Origin: Veleropilina oligotropha
Lineage: Eukaryota
Assembly: GCA_048128005.1 (NCBI GenBank)
Contig: JBEUKZ010000122.1
Coordinates: 124,001-188,000 of the forward strand
DNA: 64,000 nt
Direction: 5' to 3'
Under the pieces are notes generated by a model that worked only from the letters and a program-made list of their open reading frames with translations, made no database searches and was not told the DNA's origin. How positions within the stretch are numbered: the stretch's first letter is position 1; every line of letters begins with the position of its first letter. Shown here piece after piece: positions 51,994-61,629 of the stretch. Both the position numbers and the translations under genes were made by a program.

Positions 51994-54951
51994 TCACTGA
52001 TTAGACGACCTCGGCCTAACAATACAACGTTGAGCAGCCACACATTGTAGGGTGCTCAACCCGTCAGCCCCGGTTGAATAGTCCCGCAGATAATACTTAA
52101 CGAAGACATTAGCTGTTTTCCAGTAAGCTGCTTGAAGCAACGCTGTAATATTTAAATTATGTCGGAAGGCAATGGAGGCAGCTATCGCACGGACCTCGTG
52201 CGTGCGCACGGATAAAATAGTGCGGTCTACTTCTTCACAGCGAGAGTACACATCTCTCACCACCTGTGAAATCCACCGCGAAACAGTAGTCTTGGTAATG
52301 TCATGGGTGAAGGAAGGTAAATACGAAATGAATAAACGCAATTTTCCTTGTCTGAAATCACGGGTTCTGTCGAGGTAGAAACGCAGGGCCCGTACCGGGC
52401 AATTTAACCGGTCCACATCATGCCTTCCGACCAGCGTAAGCTTGGGAATAATAATATCAGGAGCGTCCTCGTTCGGCCTTTGGTTTTTGGCGAGGAAGCC
52501 CAGAACAGGACGCAGCATCACCGACCCGTCTGACTGGAATCTAATATCACGAAGCTCGGCGGATAAGCTATGAATCTCGGAACAACGCCTGCCCGACGCT
52601 AAGGCGATCAGAAAAACTGTTTTGTGCGTTAAGTTCCTCATAGAAATCGTGGACATCGGCTCGTACGGAGGTAAGAGTAATGCGTTAAGAATTAGAACAA
52701 TATTCCAGGCAGGAGGCCGAATGGTTCGGGTCGGTATCTCGAGTTCGTAGGATCTAATAAAATCTGAAATCGTACGGTCGTTAGAGAGGCCAGCGTGGGC
52801 ACGACACTGTTTTAACGTGGTCGCGATCGTTGCCCGATAGCCTTTGACGGCGGACACTGACATACCGCGGTCGAAGAGCGACGATAAAAACTCGATAAAT
52901 TTGTTCACAGGGGGACGGAGTATATTGACCTGCCTGCTGTGACACCAATCCACGTACTTAACCCATCGGTAGTCATAAACTTTTGTCGTGGAAAGCCTTC
53001 TCGATCGATAGATGCGTAGGGCTGTAGCTTTAGAAAATCCTTTCTTAGCAAGGGATCGTTCGATAACCGCCAGGCGTGTAAACGTAAGTCGTCCGGCGAT
53101 TCGTGGAGTACACGGGTGCGTGGCTGCATTAACAGGTCTAGTTTCTGCGGTAACGCTAACGGTCGATCGACGATCAGATCGAGGAGGGTCGGAAACCAAG
53201 GTTGCGTGCGATATAGGGGAGCTATTAGCGTTATCTCGCAACGTTCGTTCGATGCCTTCTGTAATACCAGTGATAGAATGCACGACGGGGGGAAGGCATA
53301 CGCGGACAGATTCTCCCATGTCATTGACAGTGCGTCGACCGCTAGGGCGGCCGGGTCTGGGTACGGGGAGACATACAGAGGTAGTCGGTAATTGAATTCT
53401 GTTGCAAACAGATCGACTTGGGGTTGCGACCACCGGCGGCAAACATCCCGAGCTACTCGGCTGTGTAGCGTCCACTCTGTGTGTATTATCTGTGATTTCC
53501 GAGAGAGCGAATCCGCTCTGACATTCAGCCTTCCCGGGATGTGTCGGGCTCGAATCGTCGAGTTGAGGGACATCACTAAGCGGTGTAGGTCGATTGCTCG
53601 GTCGCAAAGGGGACGCGAGCGAGTGCCGCCCTGGTGCTGAATGTAAGCGACGACAGTCGTGTTGTCCGTGGCGAGCATTATGTGCTTGTTGCGGAGATGT
53701 GACGAGAGGGACCGTACTGACAGGTAGACTGCTTCTAACTCTAGGAAGTTGATGTGTCGTCCCTGAAGGTCCGTCGGCCATAGGCCTGATGTCTCGTAAC
53801 TGTCGAGGTGACCACCCCAGCCGTCGTTCGAAGCGTCTGTGAACAGGTAAGCGTTCGGCTCTGGCGGGGAGATAGGAACCGACTGGTCCGGCAAAGCAGG
53901 GTTCAACCACACAGCTGTTGTGTCGGTAAACCAATGCCGTAGATCGATGCGATCCGTCCACTGCCCCGTCCGTTGTATCCAGCGATCCCTGAACGCCTGC
54001 TGCAACGGTCGTTTGTCCATGCGACCCGTCGGTAGCAGGGTTGCTACCGACTCGATGTGCCCTAGGACAGTGGCCAGTTGTCGCGCTGTAGTTACGTCCG
54101 ATGACAGGGTGTCTTGGATAACCGCGCGTAGGTTCCGCATACGCTTCTGGGTCGGCTTCGCGGTGTACCGGACCGTATCGAAGTCGACTCCGAGGAACGT
54201 AAACGTCGTCGAGGGTACGAAGCAGGATTTGGTCTCGTTGACCTGAAATCCCAGTCGCTCCGTCGATAACAGGGTAAAGCTCGTAGACTGGAGGCACAGA
54301 TCCCGGGACGCCCCGAGGATCAGCCAGTCGTCGAGGTACATATGTACCCTGTGCCCTAGAGAGTGTAGGAAGGCCCCGAGGGCCTGTACTGTTCTCGTGA
54401 AGACGTAAGGGGCTGACGATAGACCGAACGGTAGGCACCTGAATTGGTAAATCGTCTCCCCGTGTATAAACCGAAGGTACTGATGAGCCGTGACATGCAT
54501 CGGGACATGCAGATACGCGTCGGTTAGATCGATAGACGCTGCCCAGTCGCCCGGACGGATGGCCGCTCGAATCTTCGAGAGGGTTTCTTGCTGGAATTTC
54601 TCGGTACGAAGATATCGGTTGAGATATGAGAGATCGAGGATCGGTCTCCAGCGGCCATCGGGTTTCGGGACCAGGAAGAAATGGCTGTAAAATCCTGGTG
54701 TGCTGGGCGGCGCGGGATAGATCGCTCTTTTTAGGAGCAAATCCCGCACTGCCTGGTCTAAGACCGCTTGTTTCTCTCCGTTTAGGAGGCGAGCGTGTCT
54801 TGGTGGTGGTGCCTCGGTTAAGGTCGGATGCCGGTTGAATGCCAACTTGTATCCGGCACTCACGACTAAGTGGACCCAGTTGCTGTCTGTCAGCTCTAGC
54901 CACGACTGGCTGTGCGCTGACAGGCACGCTCCCACCGGCGGAAGCGAGCAA
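51994..54951 (-). CDS. DIRS tyrosine recombinase ORF (YR domain in the C-terminal ~350 aa; N-terminal part overlaps RT)
   Basis: LASGRRCSEI, KN, CPVRAL, HEVR, W....F..YY catalytic signature (R-H-R-Y). Confidence 0.92.
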   Translation of the reverse strand: MLASAGGSVPVSAQPVVARADRQQLGPLSRECRIQVGIQPASDLNRGTTTKTRSPPKRRETSGLRPGSAGFAPKKSDLSRAAQHTRILQPFLPGPETRWPLETDPRSLISQPISSYREIPARNPLEDSSGHPSGRLGSVYRSNRRVSACPDACHGSSVPSVYTRGDDLPIQVPTVRSIVSPLRLHENSTGPRGLPTLSRAQGTYVPRRLADPRGVPGSVPPVYELYPVIDGATGISGQRDQILLRTLDDVYVPRSRLRYGPVHREADPEAYAEPTRGYPRHPVIGRNYSATTGHCPRAHRVGSNPATDGSHGQTTVAAGVQGSLDTTDGAVDGSHRSTALVYRHNSCVVEPCFAGPVGSYLPARAERLPVHRRFERRLGWSPRQLRDIRPMADGPSGTTHQLPRVRSSLPVSTVPLVTSPQQAHNARHGQHDCRRLHSAPGRHSLASPLRPSNRPTPLSDVPQLDDSSPTHPGKAECQSGFALSEITDNTHRVDATQPSSSGCLPPVVATPSRSVCNRIQLPTTSVCLPVPRPGRPSGRRTVNDMGESVRVCLPPVVHSITGITEGIERTLRDNANSSPISHATLVSDPPRSDRRSTVSVTAETRPVNAATHPCTPRIAGRLTFTRLAVIERSLAKKGFSKATALRIYRSRRLSTTKVYDYRWVKYVDWCHSRQVNILRPPVNKFIEFLSSLFDRGMSVSAVKGYRATIATTLKQCRAHAGLSNDRTISDFIRSYELEIPTRTIRPPAWNIVLILNALLLPPYEPMSTISMRNLTHKTVFLIALASGRRCSEIHSLSAELRDIRFQSDGSVMLRPVLGFLAKNQRPNEDAPDIIIPKLTLVGRHDVDRLNCPVRALRFYLDRTRDFRQGKLRLFISYLPSFTHDITKTTVSRWISQVVRDVYSRCEEVDRTILSVRTHEVRAIAASIAFRHNLNITALLQAAYWKTANVFVKYYLRDYSTGADGLSTLQCVAAQRCIVRPRSSNQ

Positions 54952-55187
54952 CCGGGACCGTCGCGAATGCCGGCAACCCTAGGGCCGAGGCTTCCCTCTC
55001 CCGCTCTGCTTGCGGGATTTCGCTGGAGGTGCTTGTTTCTTCGGAGTGGGTTTAATGGCCGGAGGCCTACCACCCGAAGAGGGTTTCGCACGCTTAGAAG
55101 GCTTCGGGGCCGGGGTGGGCCCTGAGCGCTTCTTCGAGCCGGCAGGTGGACCCCGGGTGGGGTGCAGTACTGCCTTCTCGATGGCAC
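52905..55187 (-). CDS. DIRS reverse transcriptase, RNase H and adenine-methyltransferase-like domain
   Basis: VPKPDGRWRPILDL, DLTDAYLH, LPFGL, YLDD; FTDAS..GWG, HINFLELEA, TDN, HIPGRLNVRADSLSR; VDLFA...DAL...W...YAFPP. Confidence 0.96.
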   Translation of the reverse strand: MPSRRQYCTPPGVHLPARRSAQGPPRPRSLLSVRNPLRVVGLRPLNPLRRNKHLQRNPASRAGEGSLGPRVAGIRDGPGCSLPPVGACLSAHSQSWLELTDSNWVHLVVSAGYKLAFNRHPTLTEAPPPRHARLLNGEKQAVLDQAVRDLLLKRAIYPAPPSTPGFYSHFFLVPKPDGRWRPILDLSYLNRYLRTEKFQQETLSKIRAAIRPGDWAASIDLTDAYLHVPMHVTAHQYLRFIHGETIYQFRCLPFGLSSAPYVFTRTVQALGAFLHSLGHRVHMYLDDWLILGASRDLCLQSTSFTLLSTERLGFQVNETKSCFVPSTTFTFLGVDFDTVRYTAKPTQKRMRNLRAVIQDTLSSDVTTARQLATVLGHIESVATLLPTGRMDKRPLQQAFRDRWIQRTGQWTDRIDLRHWFTDTTAVWLNPALPDQSVPISPPEPNAYLFTDASNDGWGGHLDSYETSGLWPTDLQGRHINFLELEAVYLSVRSLSSHLRNKHIMLATDNTTVVAYIQHQGGTRSRPLCDRAIDLHRLVMSLNSTIRARHIPGRLNVRADSLSRKSQIIHTEWTLHSRVARDVCRRWSQPQVDLFATEFNYRLPLYVSPYPDPAALAVDALSMTWENLSAYAFPPSCILSLVLQKASNERCEITLIAPLYRTQPWFPTLLDLIVDRPLALPQKLDLLMQPRTRVLHESPDDLRLHAWRLSNDPLLRKDFLKLQPYASIDREGFPRQKFMTTDGLSTWIGVTAGRSIYSVPL

Positions 55188-56079
55188 GGTCCTTCATATC
55201 TGCCGCTCTCTTGTCGACAAACTCCGAAAAGTTGTCGCCAAAAAGAGTGGTAGCCGAGCAAGGCACGCATCGCAACGAGCGCCGGGTGGCCTCGTCTAGC
55301 GAGGTGCCTTCCAGGCAAGCGTCCCTACGAAGTAGGAGCGCATTGCCCAGGACACGTCCCGTCTCCAACGCACTGGTCTCCTGTGCGGCAGCAACCTCCT
55401 GGAGGAAGGACAGGGCAGCCTCGTGGGCGCCGGGTCCATCCTCCTGTAGTACGGCAATCGCACCGTCCAGGAAAAAATCCTGTACGGACGACAGCCGTAG
55501 AGCCCGTCGGGCGGCGCTCTCGAAAGATTCCAAGGCGGACCAAGGAACTTTCGCCACGGAGGGAGTGTGACTGGCGGTCAGTCGACGCAACGAAGCGTCG
55601 ACACGAGCCGGGTCAGTCGCTAGGCACGGACCAGTACAGGCGAACGGGATCGCTCGCGAACTGGCCCGGAGGTACCTCCCACTACGGAACCCCGAAGGGA
55701 ACTCGTTCAGCGGGGAGGACTCCACCGGATTGCGCCCCTGAATGAGCTTGGTGATCGAGTCGACGACAAGATCAACCAACCCAGACTGAGGTAAGGAGGG
55801 GAGCTCGGGGGCTTCCCTCGCAACAAACCGATGTGCTGCCGTCCTGTGTTTGACAATGTCTACGGCCGACCGAGTCGGTTCCGACAAGCCAAGCACCCCG
55901 CGAAGTGACGCAACGGCGTCGAGCCTTCGGCGGGTGGAGGAGGTCGGCTCCTGCGCGCCCGAAAGACTAGCGTCTTCGGGCCCGACCGATTCAGGGAGGT
56001 CGGAGTGACGTGAATCGAGGTCCTCGTCGGAACGAGGGTCGATCTCCATCACAGAGGCAGGAGCCGTGCTCTGCGCCAT
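54979..56079 (-). CDS. DIRS gag-like ORF1, 3' part (helical region and basic tail)
   Basis: LGNALLLRRDACL...LFG motif typical of DIRS ORF1 C-termini; overlaps the start of the RT ORF. Confidence 0.75.
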   Translation of the reverse strand: MAQSTAPASVMEIDPRSDEDLDSRHSDLPESVGPEDASLSGAQEPTSSTRRRLDAVASLRGVLGLSEPTRSAVDIVKHRTAAHRFVAREAPELPSLPQSGLVDLVVDSITKLIQGRNPVESSPLNEFPSGFRSGRYLRASSRAIPFACTGPCLATDPARVDASLRRLTASHTPSVAKVPWSALESFESAARRALRLSSVQDFFLDGAIAVLQEDGPGAHEAALSFLQEVAAAQETSALETGRVLGNALLLRRDACLEGTSLDEATRRSLRCVPCSATTLFGDNFSEFVDKRAADMKDRAIEKAVLHPTRGPPAGSKKRSGPTPAPKPSKRAKPSSGGRPPAIKPTPKKQAPPAKSRKQSGRGKPRP

Positions 56080-57260
56080 GGCAGATGTGTAGGTACCAGG
56101 CGCGGCTGGGGAGCCGTCGGCCAGGCCTTACACTGTTCCTCGATACCCGCCGCAATCCATGCCTGGACGTTCTCCAAAGAGAAACCCGGAGGCAGGACGG
56201 ACGGTGAACTAACAGCCGGTAGTTCAGCCGAGGAAACCGTGGCGCAAGGTAGACGGGCTGCACGGACAGGTGGGGCCGAGGACCAGGGTCCAAGGGCACT
56301 TGTCGAGGGGTCGAACCCGAAGGGCTGGCCCGAAGGCGCAGTCGGTGGGCCGGACGACCGATAGAACTGCGGCAACAGTTCAGATCGGTCTACCACTCTG
56401 CTCGGTCGAGGCACGGTCGGAAAACCGCCGTAGAACCCCGTCCCGAACGCAGCCGGTCTGTCCACGTTCTCTAGCGTGACCATCGTGGGTGCACGGGAAA
56501 GAACGGGCCCTCTGAATATCTCGTGAGCTTCGAGGTTGAGCGGAAAACCCCTAGGGGAAGTCGCGTCGGTCTCGATCGAGGATCCAGGTGTCGCCGATTG
56601 TCCGGGTCTTAGACCTACAAGTAGGTGCCCGGCCTCTTTAAAGGCTTTCTCTGCAATGAGTCTGTCACCGTAGGAAGACGGTGAGTTTCCCGCAGAAGGA
56701 CTAACTGTCCCCTTATTCTTCGAGGCCGAAGAAAAGGTAGGGGATTGTCTGCCCTGTTCAGCGGTTCGCTGCGCTGCCAGATATACCTTGCTAGCCGGCA
56801 AGGTATGGTTGGCTGCAGTTACTTGGCCCGTTAGAGGAGGAACGGTCGGCACTCGGGCCGGTACCTGAATCTGGGGTCCCGGCAGGGTTTCGGTGACTCC
56901 CCCAAGAGTCGCGGAGGTTTCGCCGGGTGCCGTTCCGGCGACAGCTGGCCCCTTAGGTCTGCTGGCGTCCATTAGCGTCCCTGAATCAGAGAAAGAAGAA
57001 ACGTTATCCCTTACGGAACCCCTAAGGGAACTCGTTAACTTACTCGCCTCTTCCTGACCCTGGTCCGGGGGAGGACCCGCCGTGGCAGTCGCCCTGGTCG
57101 ACTTACCCTGGTGGGAGAGAACAGCCCACTGCTTATCTGATAAAAGAAGGCACAGATCACATTGAAGTTTTAAACTACAAGTACGGTGAACACGGCATTC
57201 CTTGTGCTTATCAAATCCGTGTATTTTCTGGTTACACCCGGAGCTACTGCACCGGACCAT
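56049..57260 (-). CDS. DIRS gag-like ORF1, 5' part (N-terminal Cys/His zinc finger, long P/S/A-rich linker)
   Basis: MVRCSSSGC...DKHKECRVHRTC...CDLC; the first ATG is at 57260 (the ORF track starts at an upstream GTG). Confidence 0.75.
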   Translation of the reverse strand: MVRCSSSGCNQKIHGFDKHKECRVHRTCSLKLQCDLCLLLSDKQWAVLSHQGKSTRATATAGPPPDQGQEEASKLTSSLRGSVRDNVSSFSDSGTLMDASRPKGPAVAGTAPGETSATLGGVTETLPGPQIQVPARVPTVPPLTGQVTAANHTLPASKVYLAAQRTAEQGRQSPTFSSASKNKGTVSPSAGNSPSSYGDRLIAEKAFKEAGHLLVGLRPGQSATPGSSIETDATSPRGFPLNLEAHEIFRGPVLSRAPTMVTLENVDRPAAFGTGFYGGFPTVPRPSRVVDRSELLPQFYRSSGPPTAPSGQPFGFDPSTSALGPWSSAPPVRAARLPCATVSSAELPAVSSPSVLPPGFSLENVQAWIAAGIEEQCKAWPTAPQPRLVPTHLPWRRARLLPL

Positions 57261-58893
57261 AGCTGAATACACGGGAGGCAGGGAGTGGGTGTATGGGGTA
57301 GATAAATAGGTATATATAAGGTAGTGTGACTATGTTACTACGACAACTTCCTTTTAAATTGCCCTGATCTGAAGATCAAAGATCAGCGATATACCGCCAA
57401 AAAACCCCGAACTGGGATCACCGAGGTCGGGTAATTACCCGACGCGACCCGGAAAAACCCGGCAAATGAACTAAAACAAAAGGGGGTTTGCTCTTAGAAC
57501 AAACCGCCCAGAAAAACACCTGAAAAACCTCGCGGATGTTTTATGTTAGTACAATGGCGTATTATCCCAGAAACGGCAGGATATCAGAATAACTTAAAGG
57601 AATATCAGAACAGTCCTGCCTATTAACGACGCTAGAAATTTTACACAAAAATAACCAGCAATAGCGTCGTTAAGGAATTATCCAATATAATGAGTTACCT
57701 GTTTGCAGTCTCAAACAATATCAGATAATAATACCGACCAGAAACTTCTTCTAATTACGAATTTTCCCCTCTAGGCGGCCATGCTTTTCCCTGCAACAGC
57801 GGCGATGTCGGTTTCAGGTGACTTTTAGAACTCGAATCTTCAAATCAGCTCGATCAACACTATTCACATGTGTTTATAATATCCACAACACAGGGTTATA
57901 ATCCTTCACAACTTATTATAAAGTTGTTAAATTAATAGCCCTCGATCTTAACGCATTAGCGTCTGAAAAATCGAAGACAAAGTCGAAAGATTTGCGGAGC
58001 AAAAAAACACGTCTTTCCGTTTTCGCGGAAAACTTTGAATTGAGGTCTTGTGACTTCGATGCTTCGGAAGTCTCGCGAGACTTGGCGAGATCTCGCTGGG
58101 GGAACTTAGGAGAGCGGGAGCAGGGGAGGTGATCGTGGTACGTTTTGACTTATAAAGAGTGCATAATGTGACTTATTCACTGTTTCCGGTTAGCGATAAT
58201 ATTACTATTATGGCAAGAGTAAGGACGTAAGTAAGTTTGTAACTACATATAGGCCTATATATAATTATTTCATAAATATATCACCACTGACTAAGTATGT
58301 ATATATGACTGCAGATTATCCAATAATACACTAAAACTCAATAATAGACATGACCCCTGTTCCACTTGTCAACTGAACATGTGGACAGTCCGGTACCATA
58401 TAGAAATTGCGCTCGATGGAATAAATTATTGTCAAAGGCGAGTTTCAAATATTGAATAATCAGCTAATATGTAGTTTATTGCAATCTGGTAAAAATATAA
58501 ACCAGACTTTATTTCGGTTGTTTCCGTTTATCTCAGAACACTACTGCCAGAGTTCACATGCAAAGTCTACCAAACAGTCTGAAGTTCAGCGTGTGTTTCC
58601 ATAAGATACTATCAACATTTTCCGGTAGCATGAGTGGCCGAGATGGTTCTACATAACCTTAGCAGTATGATTATCAGCGATATTATTAAACGTATTGTGT
58701 TGGCTGCCATTTGTTTCTACGTGAAAACCACTTGATTTATTCATAGGTAAAATATTCCTTATTAATAATTAACGATTTTCTAGTGGATATATTTGTAACT
58801 AGCTAACATGACAAACCTACTAGCAAATAGCTAGCTAGCTAGAGCGAATTTCGAGCCCTGAATTATTATTATTTAATTTAAATTTAATATGTA

Positions 58894-60739
58894 AACAAGA
58901 ACGACGCGTTCGAAATATGTCTTGACCTTTCTTTATTTCCCTCAAATTTTCATAACAGTTAATACAATGGCTAAGTGCAAGTACTTCATGGCTTAATTTA
59001 CTACCCCGTCGAATGTGACGTCACCAAATGACAATTAATCTAAGGCGACGTCGTAATGACGTCATTGCCATTTGCTTGCAATATTAGACATCCGTTATAT
59101 ACAAATATGGATAAAAGTGCTCAATAAATGCATATTTTTGCAAAATTGTGTCGCGAAAGTTATATACACGACCTATACAAATACTCTTGGGAATGTGTGT
59201 ACCAATTTTGGTGAAAATTGAGCGGGTAGTTTTCAAATAAATCGACGGATATATAGAGAATACTACACTGATTCTCGACACGTACCGTTTGTATCTCACG
59301 AGTGCACGTATCCAGGTATCTTACCGAGCGAAAGCGAGGTAAGATACCTGGATACGTGCACGAGTGAGATACAAACGGTACGTGTCGAGAATCAGTGTAG
59401 TATTTTATTTATTACCCATGCATTTATTGCGTTATATATGCATTTTATTTGCTTTTATCGGCCCATATTCGAGATTTCAAATTGTTTAGCCGCGGATGAA
59501 TTTTATTCCTGATTACTGTAAATAGCCTCTTTACTCTATAGCCACACGCTATAACAAATAGATCGTATTAAAAGTTCATTCTAATTTATTTTAATGAAAC
59601 TAAGAAACAAGATAACATCAGGCAACAATAAGAACTGTTTAATATACGATCGTTTTACTGAATATTACTCATCTCATTAATATATTTACGTTATTCTAAA
59701 AATAAGTCCGTTGACCTGGATACGTGCACGAGTGAGAACACGCGGCGAAATCTTAATTTGCATATGCCTCGTGGATGGATTGTTGCCAAGTTTGCACTCA
59801 GGGAAGAATTTCGTTGCCACCGTCAACATCTGGTCTCGGGCGTTTTGGTGTCGACGGCCCACTGACGATGTTTATATTAATCGTGCCGCCGTATATTGGT
59901 GCCGAGAATATGGAACTCAGGAAATCACACCGACTCGACCGCGAATTCGAAATGGTATTAATATTAACAGATTGGGGAACCACGTCTACACAACGAGAAT
60001 CGTGCGACTCGGAACTACCGGTACTGATGATGTCGCTGAGCTGACGATGTTGTAATGTGGAGATGCTACTATAATTATTGACACTTTGTATGTTTTTATG
60101 GTGCAGATTGGATTTGCGAGGAAACAGTTTCCGGAATAACGGCAAGTCTATAGCGTGCAACTTGTTTAATTTTACCATCGAATGTCTTCACATTATACAT
60201 ATTGAACGTTCCTCCCGGTTGAACAATGGACATTACGCGTCCCGTCACTTGCCCGTCAATTTTCACGCATTCATTCACACGAATCGATTTAGGTGCATCC
60301 ATATTGAAACAACGGTCCGAAACAACACGAAGCAGACGACACTCTTTGATGTAAAGTATTTTATAATTATATTTATCATGTTTTTATTTATCATTACACT
60401 TTCTGCAGTTTTAAACCTGTACTTGTATAAACGTTCGTGTTAGCTGTATTACATTTAATTTTATTAATTGTTAATAATCCGCCACATTTCCGATCGTTGT
60501 TTTTCTTCCATTCAAGCCACAATAGTAAAAGTTGTAGATTTCTTCGTTTTGTTTATCAATGAAAATGTAGTCCCTGACCTTTGAGGTCAACTTGTTATGC
60601 ACCATGTGGTGCGTACGAAATAAATACGACATGGCTATATCTGCGTCACGTGGGTAATAAATATATATATATAAGTATATACACACGGACCATTTGATAA
60701 TGTCTTGTCCTTTTTTACAAAAAGGTCAAGACATAAAAA
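58894..60739. mobile_element. Helentron-type non-autonomous element (family copy 2) interrupted by a Crypton
   Basis: Same termini and body as 3654-4333. Confidence 0.65.
59259..60662 (-). mobile_element. Internally deleted Crypton-type tyrosine-recombinase DNA transposon
   Basis: Minus-strand HKNIQSVNNYSSISTLQHRQLSDII...IFSAPIYGGTININI resembles the C-terminal catalytic H...Y segment and tail of CryptonA/DUF3504 recombinases; IR tttattaccca/tgggtaataaa; 67-bp-arm hairpin at 59259-59404. Confidence 0.7.
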
Positions 60740-60873
60740 TACTGTCACACAATGAGCCGTGTTATATGCACTATATAATATGATTACTTACGCTACCGAA
60801 CATATGAGTATGTAGTCCGATAAATCTGCCCCTAATGACAAGCTCAAAATTCTGACGGTCGCTAATGAGTATG

Positions 60874-61629
60874 TAGTCTGATAAATCTGCCCCTAATTAC
60901 AAGCTCAAAATTCTGACGGTCGCGTGTATACACGCGACCCACGGGCCTTTGTCGCATGCCAGAAAATCGTTCGATCAATGATGCTCCCGGTCGCCTGGTA
61001 TCCATTATATAAGGGAGGGTAGATAACTCGAGTGTGACACGTCCCGCTTCCAGACTCAATTTTCTTATTATTAATAAACTCTGAACCAAACCATTGCTTT
61101 CACGCTATGCGCAACATATTTACCTGTAATCACCAACAATGACAATGACGAAAATCCATTACGTAACAAGAAAAGCGACAGTTATTCATTGTTTACCCAA
61201 CTCTGTACGAACCGATGGCGGATGAAATTAAATCCTACGATCTCATTGGCTGTTACTTGAAAGTATATGTATATAAAATGGCGGCAGGCGGCAATCCGGC
61301 ATCGGTTCGTACAGAGTTGGGTAAACAATGAATAACTGTCGCTTTTCTTGTTACGTAATGGATTTTCGTCGTTGTCATTGTTGGTGATTACAGGTAAATA
61401 TGTTGCGCATAGCGTGAACGCAATGGTTTGGTTCAGAGTTTATTAATAATAAGAAAATTGAGTCTGGAAGCGGGACGTGTCACACTCGAGTTATCTACCC
61501 TCCCTTATATAATGGATACCAGGCGACCGGGAGCATCATTGATCGAACGATTTTCTGGCATGCGACAAAGGCCCGTGACGCGACCGTCAGAATTTTGAGC
61601 TTGTAATTAGGGGCAGATTTATCGGACTA
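60874..61629. mobile_element. Fold-back non-autonomous DNA transposon with TAG...CTA ends and 9-bp TSD (AcademH-like)
   Basis: ~330-345-bp near-perfect inverted arms around an ~80-bp spacer; ATGAGTATG on both flanks. Confidence 0.82.

Larger units (their letters stand above)
50772..58250 (-). mobile_element. Full-length DIRS1-like tyrosine-recombinase retrotransposon
   Basis: 203-bp ITRs (50811-51013 / 58031-58233), identical by eye; ICR at 51072-51161 complementary to both termini with junction CATATG; gag, RT/RNase H/MT and YR ORFs; ATAT at both ends. Confidence 0.96.

Noticed and set aside
53012..55745. Plus-strand ORFs inside the DIRS element
   Set aside because: Antisense shadows of GC-rich coding sequence with no recognisable motifs.
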